64,000 nt of DNA from a virus. Positions 9,383 through 17,948 of the stretch are shown one piece after another. The notes beneath the pieces are model-generated. The model made no database searches and had not been told where the DNA came from. It saw only the letters and a list, made by a program, of their open reading frames with translations. The stretch lies in IMG/VR virus record IMGVR_UViG_3300019458_000191, positions 1 through 64,000 of that record; one strand, written 5' to 3'. Each line of letters starts with the position of its first letter. The stretch's first letter is position 1. The translations under genes and the position numbers were made by a program.

Positions 9383-9631
9383 ATGAAGATTCTTAACGAA
9401 TTGGTTGATACGGTTGTTGAAGCAGAGGTTATTCAAAATGAAGACAGAACTTTTTCATTGAAAATGACTCCGAAACTTTATGAAGACCTTTTCACAATAC
9501 AAGCCAAAGTTGATTCTATGGAAAGAATATTGACAACCATGAGAAATGACAGTGCAGAAAAACATTCAGATACTCTCGTTGGTAAAATGGTTGTTGAATA
9601 CTCTGATGCACTATTAAAATTAATAGAATGA
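9383..9631 (+). CDS. hypothetical protein
   Basis: ORF with ATGA overlap to dCMP deaminase. Confidence 0.65.
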   Translation: MKILNELVDTVVEAEVIQNEDRTFSLKMTPKLYEDLFTIQAKVDSMERILTTMRNDSAEKHSDTLVGKMVVEYSDALLKLIE

Positions 9632-10191
9632 AAGATTTAACTCCTGAACTACAGAATTGTATCAAGTCGGATTTTGTAAATTATGTTCCGCCTTCGTGGG
9701 ATGTATTGTTTATGAGAATGGTATATCTTATTTCTACAAAATCAAAAGACCCTTCTACAAAAATCGGGTCTGTCATTGTTGGTCCTGATCACGAAATAAT
9801 AAGTGTAGGATATAATGGTATTCCAAGAGGCGTAAATGATAATGTATTAGAAAGATTTGAAAGACCGGAGAAATACAATTACTTTGAACATGCCGAACGA
9901 AATGCTATACTTTCAGTAGCAAGGGTCGGTGGCCCATCATTAAAAGGGTGTATCATGTACACACAATCAATGCCTTGTTCAGATTGTGCAAGGTCGGCAA
10001 TACAATCCGGAATAAAATGTCTAGTTTTACATAGGCCATACGAAAAAATATTTGATTATCTTGCTAAGAGTTGGCAAAATTCTTGTGACGCCGCAGCGAT
10101 TATGGTTCAAGAATCTGGTATAGAAATAAGATATGTAGAAGAATTTGTCGGATGTGGAACATACATCCGAGGAAAATATATTGAGGTATAA
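9628..10191 (+). CDS. cd: dCMP deaminase
   Basis: SKDPSTKIGSVIV, GYNG, HAERNA, PCSDC zinc motif. Confidence 0.93.
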   Translation: MKDLTPELQNCIKSDFVNYVPPSWDVLFMRMVYLISTKSKDPSTKIGSVIVGPDHEIISVGYNGIPRGVNDNVLERFERPEKYNYFEHAERNAILSVARVGGPSLKGCIMYTQSMPCSDCARSAIQSGIKCLVLHRPYEKIFDYLAKSWQNSCDAAAIMVQESGIEIRYVEEFVGCGTYIRGKYIEV

Positions 10192-10192
10192 T

Positions 10193-10579
10193 ATGAATGA
10201 TGATGCATCGATGGGTGAAGTTCAAGTAGTTCAATTTAAAAATGTTAAATTGTTGAGATTAGGCGTACCAAACAAAAACGGTACGGTTTATACAAAGGAA
10301 TGTGTAGAAAAGGCTCTAGCAAAAATGAATAATGAAGAGGATAAGGTCATTGTTCATAATGTGTATGCCGAAAATCCCATGCCAGTTGGCATGATCGAAA
10401 ATCTGAGAATTGAAGGGGATTTATTAATGGCTGATTGTTTATTTAATCCTGAATTTATCAAATTGATTGAAGGTAAGACTATAAATGTAAGACCTATTGG
10501 ACAAGGCGTGTTTGATGAAAACGGAAAATTAGAAGATTATACTATTAGTGGGCTGACCGTGGTTTATCAGCCACAATAA
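10193..10579 (+). CDS. divergent T4 gp21-like prohead-protease homolog, probably catalytically degenerate
   Basis: PNKNGTVYTKECVEKAL resembles NRNGRxYPxxxLE; IENLRIEGDLLMA; RPIGQG where gp21 has SSRGxG. Confidence 0.5.
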   Translation: MNDDASMGEVQVVQFKNVKLLRLGVPNKNGTVYTKECVEKALAKMNNEEDKVIVHNVYAENPMPVGMIENLRIEGDLLMADCLFNPEFIKLIEGKTINVRPIGQGVFDENGKLEDYTISGLTVVYQPQ

Positions 10580-11605
10580 TTAGTTAACGGCTACGTTGGT
10601 ATAGTCTCCCTTTATTGCCCACTCTGCAATATCCTTGAGGGTCTTTAGTATATTACGTATCCATTCTTCTTTTAATCCAAAGTGATGTATGGTGGCTCCA
10701 CGCCCGCCTTTTTCGGTTTTATCTGGAGTCACTAAAGATTGAATCTTAAAATCATTATCTTCCACCATTTCTATTCGTCTTAATAATTCTTTTGCTGGAA
10801 CAGTAAAAGATGGTTCATCTTCGTCCAAAGATGCATCATTGAAACTTAGTAAATCTTTAAATATTGCTCGTGCCGTCCTATAAGTAATACTCAAATCCGG
10901 AGGCATATCTTGTTCAGGAGTTTTTAAAACCGGAATTCTAATTACTTGAGATTTGTATGTACCGCTTTGTTCCGGTCCTTTAAACGGACCGATTTCAATT
11001 CCTTCATCTGTTAAATAGTATTTAATAGCATTCAGAAATACGTTCATTAATCGATTGGGGATTCCACTAATATAAAAGTTTATTGTCCCTGAATCTTTAT
11101 CAAACGAATCACCATCAGGAGCAAAAGTTTCTCCCTTTAATCCTATTTGTTTATACGTTTCTTTTTCTTGTTCTGTAAACTGTTTTTCTATGATAGGAAT
11201 TAAAACTTTATCTTGTAAAAAGAAACAAAGGTCTAAAATAGTATTCAATCTCCGTTCGGTTACATCCGGAACAAAAACAGAAACACCTTCATAAATGGCA
11301 TCTTGTTTGGTCGATTCTTGAAGGCCAACGTTTTTATTGATTTTTAATTTATTAATACCTCTTGAACGCATTAAGGATTCTACAGACAGTAATTTTTGAA
11401 GTATTTTTCTTCCTTCTTCAGTCTTTACGTTGGTTCTTAATCCTATAATTAATGATTCTATTTCACTTCTGTAGATGAATGAAGTTTGTTTTGCGTCATC
11501 AAAGATTTGATTGACTGCACGAAGCCATTTGGATTCTTCTGAATGACCTACTCCTAACTCGGAAAGTAGTTCAAATATTAAAGATTTTAGGTCCGGCTCC
11601 GTCAT
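10580..11605 (-). CDS. hypothetical protein, probably late/virion
   Basis: 341-aa ORF with TATTTATA motif 5 nt upstream of ATG. Confidence 0.7.
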   Translation of the reverse strand: MTEPDLKSLIFELLSELGVGHSEESKWLRAVNQIFDDAKQTSFIYRSEIESLIIGLRTNVKTEEGRKILQKLLSVESLMRSRGINKLKINKNVGLQESTKQDAIYEGVSVFVPDVTERRLNTILDLCFFLQDKVLIPIIEKQFTEQEKETYKQIGLKGETFAPDGDSFDKDSGTINFYISGIPNRLMNVFLNAIKYYLTDEGIEIGPFKGPEQSGTYKSQVIRIPVLKTPEQDMPPDLSITYRTARAIFKDLLSFNDASLDEDEPSFTVPAKELLRRIEMVEDNDFKIQSLVTPDKTEKGGRGATIHHFGLKEEWIRNILKTLKDIAEWAIKGDYTNVAVN

Positions 11606-11647
11606 AATGATATAAATATTATCATTATGAGTAAAGAAACGATAATA

Positions 11648-11839
11648 TCAAACAAAAGGAAAAGATTCTTCTCTATCAAGTTCCGACTGAATCAACCTCT
11701 CTGCTAGAGATTTTGTTTCTATTTTGTGTCTTCTTGTTTCTAGTTCTAATAACCTTTGTAACCGAATATTTTCACGTTTAAGTTTACGATTTTCTTTCTG
11801 TAATCTCAACACTGCAAATTCAATACTTTTATCTCTCAT
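11648..11839 (-). CDS. small coiled-coil hypothetical protein
   Basis: MRDKSIEFAVLRLQKENRKLKREN; overlaps the end of the upstream gene. Confidence 0.5.
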   Translation of the reverse strand: MRDKSIEFAVLRLQKENRKLKRENIRLQRLLELETRRHKIETKSLAERLIQSELDREESFPFV

Positions 11840-12368
11840 AATTATAATTAGTTCGGAAGATTCCCATTGCAATACCGGCCGCCGTTCCAACATTCATAGA
11901 ACGAACAGAACCATAAGCCGGTATGGTTACAATTGCATTACACCCTTGTAAAACGTCATCTGATAGGCCGGCCTGTTCTTCTCCTACAATAATTATGGGA
12001 TTCTTTGGCCATCGGAATTCAAAAAGATTCTCCATTTTATAATTAATATTGTTTTCCAAAGCGATAGGGATATATTTGTCTTCGATTGACGACCAAAACT
12101 CTGCCAGTGAGCGACAATAATTCATCGGAGTGTAGTGTTGGGTGCCTACCACACCCCTTTTGTCCCAACCCTTGCTGCCTTCAATATAGAATACTTCACG
12201 AAAACCAAAGAAATTTGCAGTTCTTAGAACATTTGAAAGATTGAAGTCGCCTGTCGCATGCATCATTGCAATGGCCGCAGGAATGGTGTTTTCGGAACAA
12301 TAATTCTTAATTGCTTCGACTTCAAGGTTCTTTAGATGGTCGCGGACATTCATGACCAAATATACCAT
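11829..12368 (-). CDS. second SpoU/TrmH-family RNA methyltransferase
   Basis: NLSNVLRTANFFG, IIVGEEQAGL, VTIPAYGSVRSMNVGTAAGI. Confidence 0.92.
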   Translation of the reverse strand: MVYLVMNVRDHLKNLEVEAIKNYCSENTIPAAIAMMHATGDFNLSNVLRTANFFGFREVFYIEGSKGWDKRGVVGTQHYTPMNYCRSLAEFWSSIEDKYIPIALENNINYKMENLFEFRWPKNPIIIVGEEQAGLSDDVLQGCNAIVTIPAYGSVRSMNVGTAAGIAMGIFRTNYNYER

Positions 12369-12387
12369 CTAAATATAAAAAGTCAAC

Positions 12388-13398
12388 TCAGAATAATTCG
12401 TCGATTAAGGTTGTTAAATAAGAAACATTTACTGCACTTGGGTCGGTAGAACGAAGCTTTGCCAAAATCTCATGGAAATAGGCCATATCGACTCCGGTTA
12501 ATTGTTCTTCCAACACCTTAAAATCTTTGAGATTCAGTTCACTCAACTGCATCAAAATCTTTAATAATTGGCCAGCATTAATGTGCCATCCACGTTTAAT
12601 AAACTTACGAATTCGACAAACAGAAGCGAGCGGATATTTTGAACCAATATAAACCAATTCCTTTGTTAATAAACATTCAAGGGCCTTTGGGTCAAGATGA
12701 ACATCATTATCCCAAGAAGTCCAATAATTTCGACAATGAGCAAAATCATAGTTTTCATGAATGACTGAAGGTTCGCCATAAAATCGAATAACAATTTGAA
12801 CTTGGTCAGTCAAGGTAATTGCGTTAGAAGAAAGGAATACCGGTTTGAATTTTTTCTCAGAATTCTTTCGGAGTTGATTAGAAATGTCAACCAATCCTTC
12901 GATGTAATTTCCACCAGCATCTCTCATTGGGACACCAGACATTTCAAAATATTGGTAAGAATTCTCACCGTCTTCTACAGATGAAATTCCAGCAGACTTA
13001 GCGACAATTTTGATTCTATCCCCCTCTTCTCTAACAGAAATCGGAACGGTGATTCCGGTATTATCATTTTCAGGAACAGATTCTACTTCGGCAGTTTCAG
13101 TGATAATATCCGCTGCTGCTTCACCAACAAGGTCTTTGGTGTCTTGTGCCGTCTTCATAGCTTCCTTATCCTTTAGAAATTGTGCCACATAGTATTTAGC
13201 AACGGCTAATGTAGTTTCCTTGTTTCTAAAATAAAAATCAAAATCATTCACGTCTTCATTGAGAAGCATAGAAGCAATCGCTCCTCCGGTCATGATTGTA
13301 TTTTTCTCAACCAATTGTCGAACCGAATCATCGGTGATAGTTTTAACCCACTGATTAAATTTGCTAGTAATAATTTTGTTAATTGTTTTAGTTTTCAT
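12388..13398 (-). CDS. Pol-beta superfamily nucleotidyltransferase
   Basis: MTGGAIASMLLNEDVNDFDFYF (GG...DxD), YDFAHC, RIRKFIKRGW. Confidence 0.8.
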   Translation of the reverse strand: MKTKTINKIITSKFNQWVKTITDDSVRQLVEKNTIMTGGAIASMLLNEDVNDFDFYFRNKETTLAVAKYYVAQFLKDKEAMKTAQDTKDLVGEAAADIITETAEVESVPENDNTGITVPISVREEGDRIKIVAKSAGISSVEDGENSYQYFEMSGVPMRDAGGNYIEGLVDISNQLRKNSEKKFKPVFLSSNAITLTDQVQIVIRFYGEPSVIHENYDFAHCRNYWTSWDNDVHLDPKALECLLTKELVYIGSKYPLASVCRIRKFIKRGWHINAGQLLKILMQLSELNLKDFKVLEEQLTGVDMAYFHEILAKLRSTDPSAVNVSYLTTLIDELF

Positions 13399-13439
13399 AA
13401 ATAGTGTGTGTAATTTTCTCTAAGATAAAAAGTCAAGGG

Positions 13440-14057
13440 TTACTCTTTTCTTAAAAAGTAACTAGGAGGCAATACATAGAACATGTATTCTTTTTCAAGA
13501 CTATCAGAACCATTATTTTTACCATCAAGTTTTCCATTCTTGCCTTCCATTCCATTTTTTCCGTTTCCTTGTTCGCCGTTTTTGCCTTGACCTTTTCCCT
13601 TACCTTTACCTTTTGATTTTAATTCGCCTCGTACTATTTGACCCTTAGCGTTAGAAGGCATTACATTCTTTTGTAATTCTTCATGTAGTGGTCGAGAATA
13701 TGGAAGACGAAATAATCTAGGTTCAGATCTGTCTGTTTTATAGGCAAAAACATTCATTATCAATGAATCGTATTTTGTAGGAATAGACTCCAATAAAAGA
13801 TAGATACTACCATCAAATTTTAATTGTTCGTTTGGTTCTTTAATTACTACATGTCTGATAGCAACGACTTTTGGAACATATTTATCTTTAGCTGCCCATC
13901 CCATAGCTGATTCCCAAATGGAAGAAAATAAAGCACAAAACAAAAAAAACATTGAAATGACAAAAACTTTTAATGTCAATGGCACGGTTGATTCTTTAAG
14001 AATCCAAAATCCTAACGCACATAGTAAAATAAGTGTTATAGATAGAGCAATAAACAT
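13440..14057 (-). CDS. two-TM membrane protein with G/K/N-rich linker, third gene of the motor-like module
   Basis: Two hydrophobic N-terminal helices, EPRLFRLPYSRPLHEE, GKGKGKGQGKNG. Confidence 0.75.
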   Translation of the reverse strand: MFIALSITLILLCALGFWILKESTVPLTLKVFVISMFFLFCALFSSIWESAMGWAAKDKYVPKVVAIRHVVIKEPNEQLKFDGSIYLLLESIPTKYDSLIMNVFAYKTDRSEPRLFRLPYSRPLHEELQKNVMPSNAKGQIVRGELKSKGKGKGKGQGKNGEQGNGKNGMEGKNGKLDGKNNGSDSLEKEYMFYVLPPSYFLRKE

Positions 14058-14066
14058 AGGTTTTCC

Positions 14067-14741
14067 TTATTCTGGATGATTATATGGTTCAGGTGTCGCT
14101 GGTGGTTCAGGAACATTTTGTGAACCATTAATACTATCTTGTTGTGGACCACTAAATTGTGAATCGTGATGTTCTTGTAAGATAGAAGTTGGTAATTCAT
14201 TTATATCCGTGATGTTGTCGTTCTTATCTACGGAGAATCTAAAAAAGGTCAATTCTTCTCCGTTAGTTGTGAATTCCTTTTCTCTTTCGATAACAATACC
14301 ATAAGGTTTTGTTTTAATTAATCGAACCTTAGCCTTTACATTCCCTTGTGAATTTTTCATATTATAGGAATGAACATTAACAATGTATTCTCCCTCAAAA
14401 GTTCCACGAATGGATATCAACTCTTCATTGACTTTATTAACTACTTCCCCAAGTTCGTTTACTTCAGTAGTATTGGCTCCCAAACAGTCTCTATTAAGAG
14501 AGAACAAACTTCCTTGTCCTCCTTCTCTCGTTTTGAATCCACAAATATGTCCCTTAGAATCTTTGGACCATAAATCTAAATCTGTCGGACCTTCCCACGT
14601 CAAAACAACTTGAAATAGAACGTTTTGTTGAAGAGCAGGGTCGGCATCCGATTTAGTCACTTTTAACAAAAGAAAAACAGCAACAAGTGTTAAAATGAAA
14701 CTAAATAATACATCAATGAATGGAACGATTTTTTTATTCAT
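14067..14741 (-). CDS. ExbD/TolR/MotB-like single-TM protein with YfaP (DUF2135)-like beta domain
   Basis: VPFIDVLFSFILTL with the conserved TM Asp; LTWEGPTDLDLW...NEELISIRG...GEYIVNVHSY. Confidence 0.7.
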   Translation of the reverse strand: MNKKIVPFIDVLFSFILTLVAVFLLLKVTKSDADPALQQNVLFQVVLTWEGPTDLDLWSKDSKGHICGFKTREGGQGSLFSLNRDCLGANTTEVNELGEVVNKVNEELISIRGTFEGEYIVNVHSYNMKNSQGNVKAKVRLIKTKPYGIVIEREKEFTTNGEELTFFRFSVDKNDNITDINELPTSILQEHHDSQFSGPQQDSINGSQNVPEPPATPEPYNHPE

Positions 14742-15219
14742 GGTGAGTAATCACAAATTTCTGTAATTGAAGGAAAATCGACGTTACAATACCAACCAGT
14801 GTGGTATAGAATGCAGTCGCCAAACCAGCACGAAGAGAGATGATGACTTGTTCTGGATTTGGAGCTTGTCCACCAAGAGAGTTATACATCATAATACAGA
14901 AACCGATGATCGTTCCCAATAAACCCAACACGAAGAAATTATCTGAAAATAAATCCAATAGAGCCAATCTCTTTGTAACCAATTCCTTTTTTAAGGATTT
15001 CAATCTATAAGCCAAATATCCAGCAACGGATGAACCCAACACATACAATATCATAAGAATCAAACAAATGTAAGATTGGTCGTTCTTAATGAATAATTCT
15101 ATCAATCCTCTATTGTATGCAATAAGTCCGCCAGCTATACTGGCAGCAAAAATAATGAACCATTGAATAAATAATTTGTGAGGATTGGATTTAAGAAGTT
15201 TTGTTTTTTCAGTTTTCAT
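14734..15219 (-). CDS. MotA/TolQ/ExbB proton-channel family protein
   Basis: LGLLGTIIGF and GLATAFYTTLVGI signature helices. Confidence 0.88.
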   Translation of the reverse strand: MKTEKTKLLKSNPHKLFIQWFIIFAASIAGGLIAYNRGLIELFIKNDQSYICLILMILYVLGSSVAGYLAYRLKSLKKELVTKRLALLDLFSDNFFVLGLLGTIIGFCIMMYNSLGGQAPNPEQVIISLRAGLATAFYTTLVGIVTSIFLQLQKFVITHHE

Positions 15220-15269
15220 TTAATGTTAATGTAATTCGATATTGGTGAACGTCAAAATATAAGAAACGA

Positions 15270-15458
15270 TTACTCGTTCCAATCATATTCGCTTCTAAGA
15301 TACTCACTAACAATGGATGGTAAATATTTTTGTTTTAACTCGTCAACAATAGAACGTAAATTTTCCAAAGCGTCGGATAGTAACATTCCATCATCTACGT
15401 TATGAGATTGAACAGTCATCATTGCGTCATGTAAACGCATTTTATCAAGCGAATTCAT
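15270..15458 (-). CDS. small hypothetical protein
   Basis: ORF. Confidence 0.5.
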   Translation of the reverse strand: MNSLDKMRLHDAMMTVQSHNVDDGMLLSDALENLRSIVDELKQKYLPSIVSEYLRSEYDWNE

Positions 15459-15512
15459 AATTTTATTTTAATTTTATTTTCATTCCAAAACGATTTAGCG
15501 GCATTACTGTAT

Positions 15513-15764
15513 TCAGTATTCAGTATCACACACATTACAAACACAGAGCCTCAATTTGTTTGGATTATCAATTTCTATTGGTAAAAACATACTATTTGGA
15601 ATGCCTATAGAATCTATCCACGATATACTTGATTCGTTAATTGTAACAAAACAATATATTTGTCTTGGTCTTTTATCTTTCCTACAAAATACACAAATAC
15701 CTAAACATTCTTCATCTGGTGTATTAAAAAATACATCAAAATTATCTTTGATTTCTCGACTCAT
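15513..15764 (-). CDS. small zinc-finger-like protein
   Basis: CVFC...CNVC pairs. Confidence 0.55.
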   Translation of the reverse strand: MSREIKDNFDVFFNTPDEECLGICVFCRKDKRPRQIYCFVTINESSISWIDSIGIPNSMFLPIEIDNPNKLRLCVCNVCDTEY

Positions 15765-16027
15765 TTCTTTTTAATATCATTCATCGTTTCTTCTATTTCA
15801 ATTTTAGAATGTACGATTTTCGATGTAGTATCAAATAGGGACATCCCGAAAATTTTATCAAAAATACTCTTTTTATCGTATTCTCCGTTAGAGTCAGCAA
15901 ATCCTTGATTATAGGCTTTCTCTAATTCTTTTTCAAAAGATTGAGTCGATATGTTTATCTTTTTTGATTGAAATAAAGCCTTATTAGCTTTCTTAAGTCC
16001 ATGAATATAATTTCCAAAACTGTTCAT
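15761..16027 (-). CDS. hypothetical protein
   Basis: ORF with ATGA overlap to the next gene. Confidence 0.6.
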   Translation of the reverse strand: MNSFGNYIHGLKKANKALFQSKKINISTQSFEKELEKAYNQGFADSNGEYDKKSIFDKIFGMSLFDTTSKIVHSKIEIEETMNDIKKK

Positions 16028-16186
16028 ACTCGTGTTTGGGTTAAAAGTGGTTGGATTATTTCAGAAATGTTATCTCATGTTAAAGATTGACATGACTTTA
16101 TATCCGTTATCATAAAGGACAATAAAAGAAATTCAATGGAAAGTCAAACTATAAAAATGATTTAGAATGAATTGTGAAGAAAATAT

Positions 16187-16755
16187 ACTTGTCCCCGATA
16201 ACATTTCATGATACCGGTTTCCTTGCTAAAGGGCGAACGATTTAGGAAATAAGTCTTAGCTGACTCGTATCCTTTTGTCGTCCCTCATAAGGACAAGTTC
16301 GACGGAACAAATACCGTCTGTTTTTCATTCGACTGACCGTGTGAGGCGTCACCCTCTATATCTACCCATCAGTTAGGCCGGGCCATAGTAGGCATCAGGT
16401 CGCTCTGCGTCCCGATTGGAGTTGACTTCTCCGACCATTTTTCCCCGAACGAAATTCTACAAATTATTAGTGGGAATGTATTGTAAGGTGATACATTCAA
16501 AATATGTCACACAGAATCCTGCCGGGTGCTTCCTCGCTCGTCCGAACACAGACCAACATATTCTACTTCCACCAAATACTGAAAAAAATGTTTGAAACGG
16601 TATCGGCCTTATTGCCATTGTAATCCGTTTCAAACATGTTGGGTATCCTATATTATTGAGTTTTCCACGGCTTTAGCAACGCATCCGATAGAATCGGAGA
16701 ACTACTCAATTTTTACGTTTTTGTTTTCTATTCCCATCGCCCTAACCGATGGAAC
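16187..16755 (-). ncRNA. cluster of unassigned structured RNA elements downstream of the atypical tRNA
   Basis: No ORF of 60 aa or more, raised GC, successive closed stems (16187-16298, 16324-16453, 16467-16576, 16588-16637, 16654-16710, 16731-16755). Confidence 0.6.
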
Positions 16756-16759
16756 AAAT

Positions 16760-16849
16760 TGGTAGTCCTGTAGCGAGTCGAACGCTATCCCGGCACTGAT
16801 CTAGTGCGAATGTTGTTATAAGCAACACGTCCCTCCAAGGGTCAGGACC
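16760..16849 (-). tRNA. atypical tRNA, anticodon UAU (nominally Ile), with long variable arm and minimal D-arm
   Basis: GGTCCTG/CAGGACT acceptor stem + A-CCA; anticodon loop CTTATAA; T-arm TAGCG-TTCGACT-CGCTA; V-arm GCACT-AGATC-AGTGC. Confidence 0.8.
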
Positions 16850-16862
16850 ATTTTAAATCAAT

Positions 16863-16923
16863 TTAATCGGTCAAAATATCCCGTCGCCAGTCCCACAAAA
16901 TATAAGGCGATAAGACCGATTAA
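16863..16923 (-). ncRNA. structured element upstream of the atypical tRNA
   Basis: TTAATCGGTC...GACCGATTAA outer stem enclosing TCGCC/GGCGA. Confidence 0.45.
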
Positions 16924-16950
16924 TGGAATAATTAAAATTACTGTCATAAA

Positions 16951-17136
16951 TTATCTTCTATTCAAATTTCGACTTCGTTTTAACGGAAGCCAACGATTTG
17001 CAAATTCTTCATTATTCATTAACTTATGTTTAAAGTAATCAAAGTTGCCTGCCATTGGCTGACAATTATCAACATACCTTTCGTATGCTGTATTTAATTC
17101 TTTATCAGAATACTCGATAATTCTAGTTAATTTCAT
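16951..17136 (-). CDS. small hypothetical protein
   Basis: 61-aa ORF downstream of a promoter. Confidence 0.55.
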   Translation of the reverse strand: MKLTRIIEYSDKELNTAYERYVDNCQPMAGNFDYFKHKLMNNEEFANRWLPLKRSRNLNRR

Positions 17137-17234
17137 AAATCATAATGGACTTGGTTGCCTTACTCTTCTTTGGATTGGGGTCTTATACCGTCATCTAATC
17201 GTTCCGCCCATTAGAGAACGTTCATCTGTAAATA

Positions 17235-17262
17235 AGTATAACAGACTTTTAAGTATTGTCAA
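17235..17262 (-). promoter_or_regulatory. sigma70-type promoter for the small ORF / tRNA / ncRNA cluster
   Basis: TTGACA-16 nt-TATACT with extended -10 TG. Confidence 0.7.
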
Positions 17263-17321
17263 GAAACAATTACAATTACAACAGGGGTGCTAGGCGTGGA
17301 TGGTGGTTCAGTTGGTGGCAT
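17259..17321 (-). CDS. 20-aa micropeptide MPPTEPPSTPSTPVVIVIVS
   Basis: Manual translation; closely matches the C-terminal 14 aa of the upstream Fn3 protein. Confidence 0.55.
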   Translation of the reverse strand: MPPTEPPSTPSTPVVIVIVS

Positions 17322-17342
17322 AGGTATTTATATAAAATTAAG

Positions 17343-17375
17343 AAAACACCCCCGCTTTTAACAGGGGTGTTTTTT
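17343..17375. terminator. intrinsic terminator-like hairpin
   Basis: AAAACACCCC...GGGGTGTTTT(TT). Confidence 0.7.
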
Positions 17376-17393
17376 GGTTTAATGTATTGTCAA

Positions 17394-17678
17394 TTAGGAA
17401 ACAATGACTGTAACAGATGGGGTTTCAGGAGCCGAAGGAAGACCGGGGGTACTTCCAACTCCAGAGAAACCGCTGTTGCCAGCCAAATTTTGAGCCAACA
17501 CTTTGTAAGCATAAATGCCGGGAAGTGGATTCAAAATGTCATAGCTTGGTGATGGCGAAGCCAATACCGTAGCTTTGAAGGTGAAACTTGCACCATTTAC
17601 TGATTCCCATAATTGATAACTAGTTACTTGTTCAGATGGGTTATTTGCTGCCCAAGTGATGTGTATAGTTGTTGCCAT
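17394..17678 (-). CDS. stand-alone fibronectin type III domain protein, apparently circularly permuted
   Basis: ITW, VTSYQL, LPGIYAYKVLAQNLAGNS Fn3 signature; C-terminal PSAPETPSVTVIVS. Confidence 0.8.
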   Translation of the reverse strand: MATTIHITWAANNPSEQVTSYQLWESVNGASFTFKATVLASPSPSYDILNPLPGIYAYKVLAQNLAGNSGFSGVGSTPGLPSAPETPSVTVIVS

Positions 17679-17804
17679 AATTAATCCTTTTTGTTAATTC
17701 GTATCCGTCATTGGATACAATAATAAATAGATATAATATTAACATTTATTGTATTTTTATAAAAATAAATTTACTTGATGGCGAGGGGTTTATGAAAAAT
17801 GAAA

Positions 17805-17879
<75 letters not shown>

Positions 17880-17948
17880 GTAATATTCAATGGTTTCGGT
17901 TCCTAGTCACTCAATTAAGGTAAGCTACAGTCTTACCACCATCAAAAT

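Noticed and set aside
13440-15219. Zorya defence system
   Set aside because: The A subunit has no long cytoplasmic tail, the B subunit has no OmpA-like domain, and there are no zorC/D/E genes
16500-16565. SRP (4.5S) RNA, suggested by GAGGAAGCA on the minus strand
   Set aside because: Lacks the CAGG...GNRA...AGCAG symmetric loop; kept only as an unassigned structured element
16187-16755. tmRNA, RNase P RNA or group I intron
   Set aside because: No GGGG...TCCACCA tmRNA ends, no GAGGAAAGUCC RNase P motif, and no interrupted host gene flanking it
17889-17943. Hammerhead or HDV-like (theta) ribozyme between the tRNA-Gly genes (ATGGT...GAAACCAT closing, internal GGTAAG/CTTACC hairpin on the minus strand)
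   Set aside because: No CUGANGA core or NUH site, and I could not build the nested double pseudoknot; it may still be a processing structure
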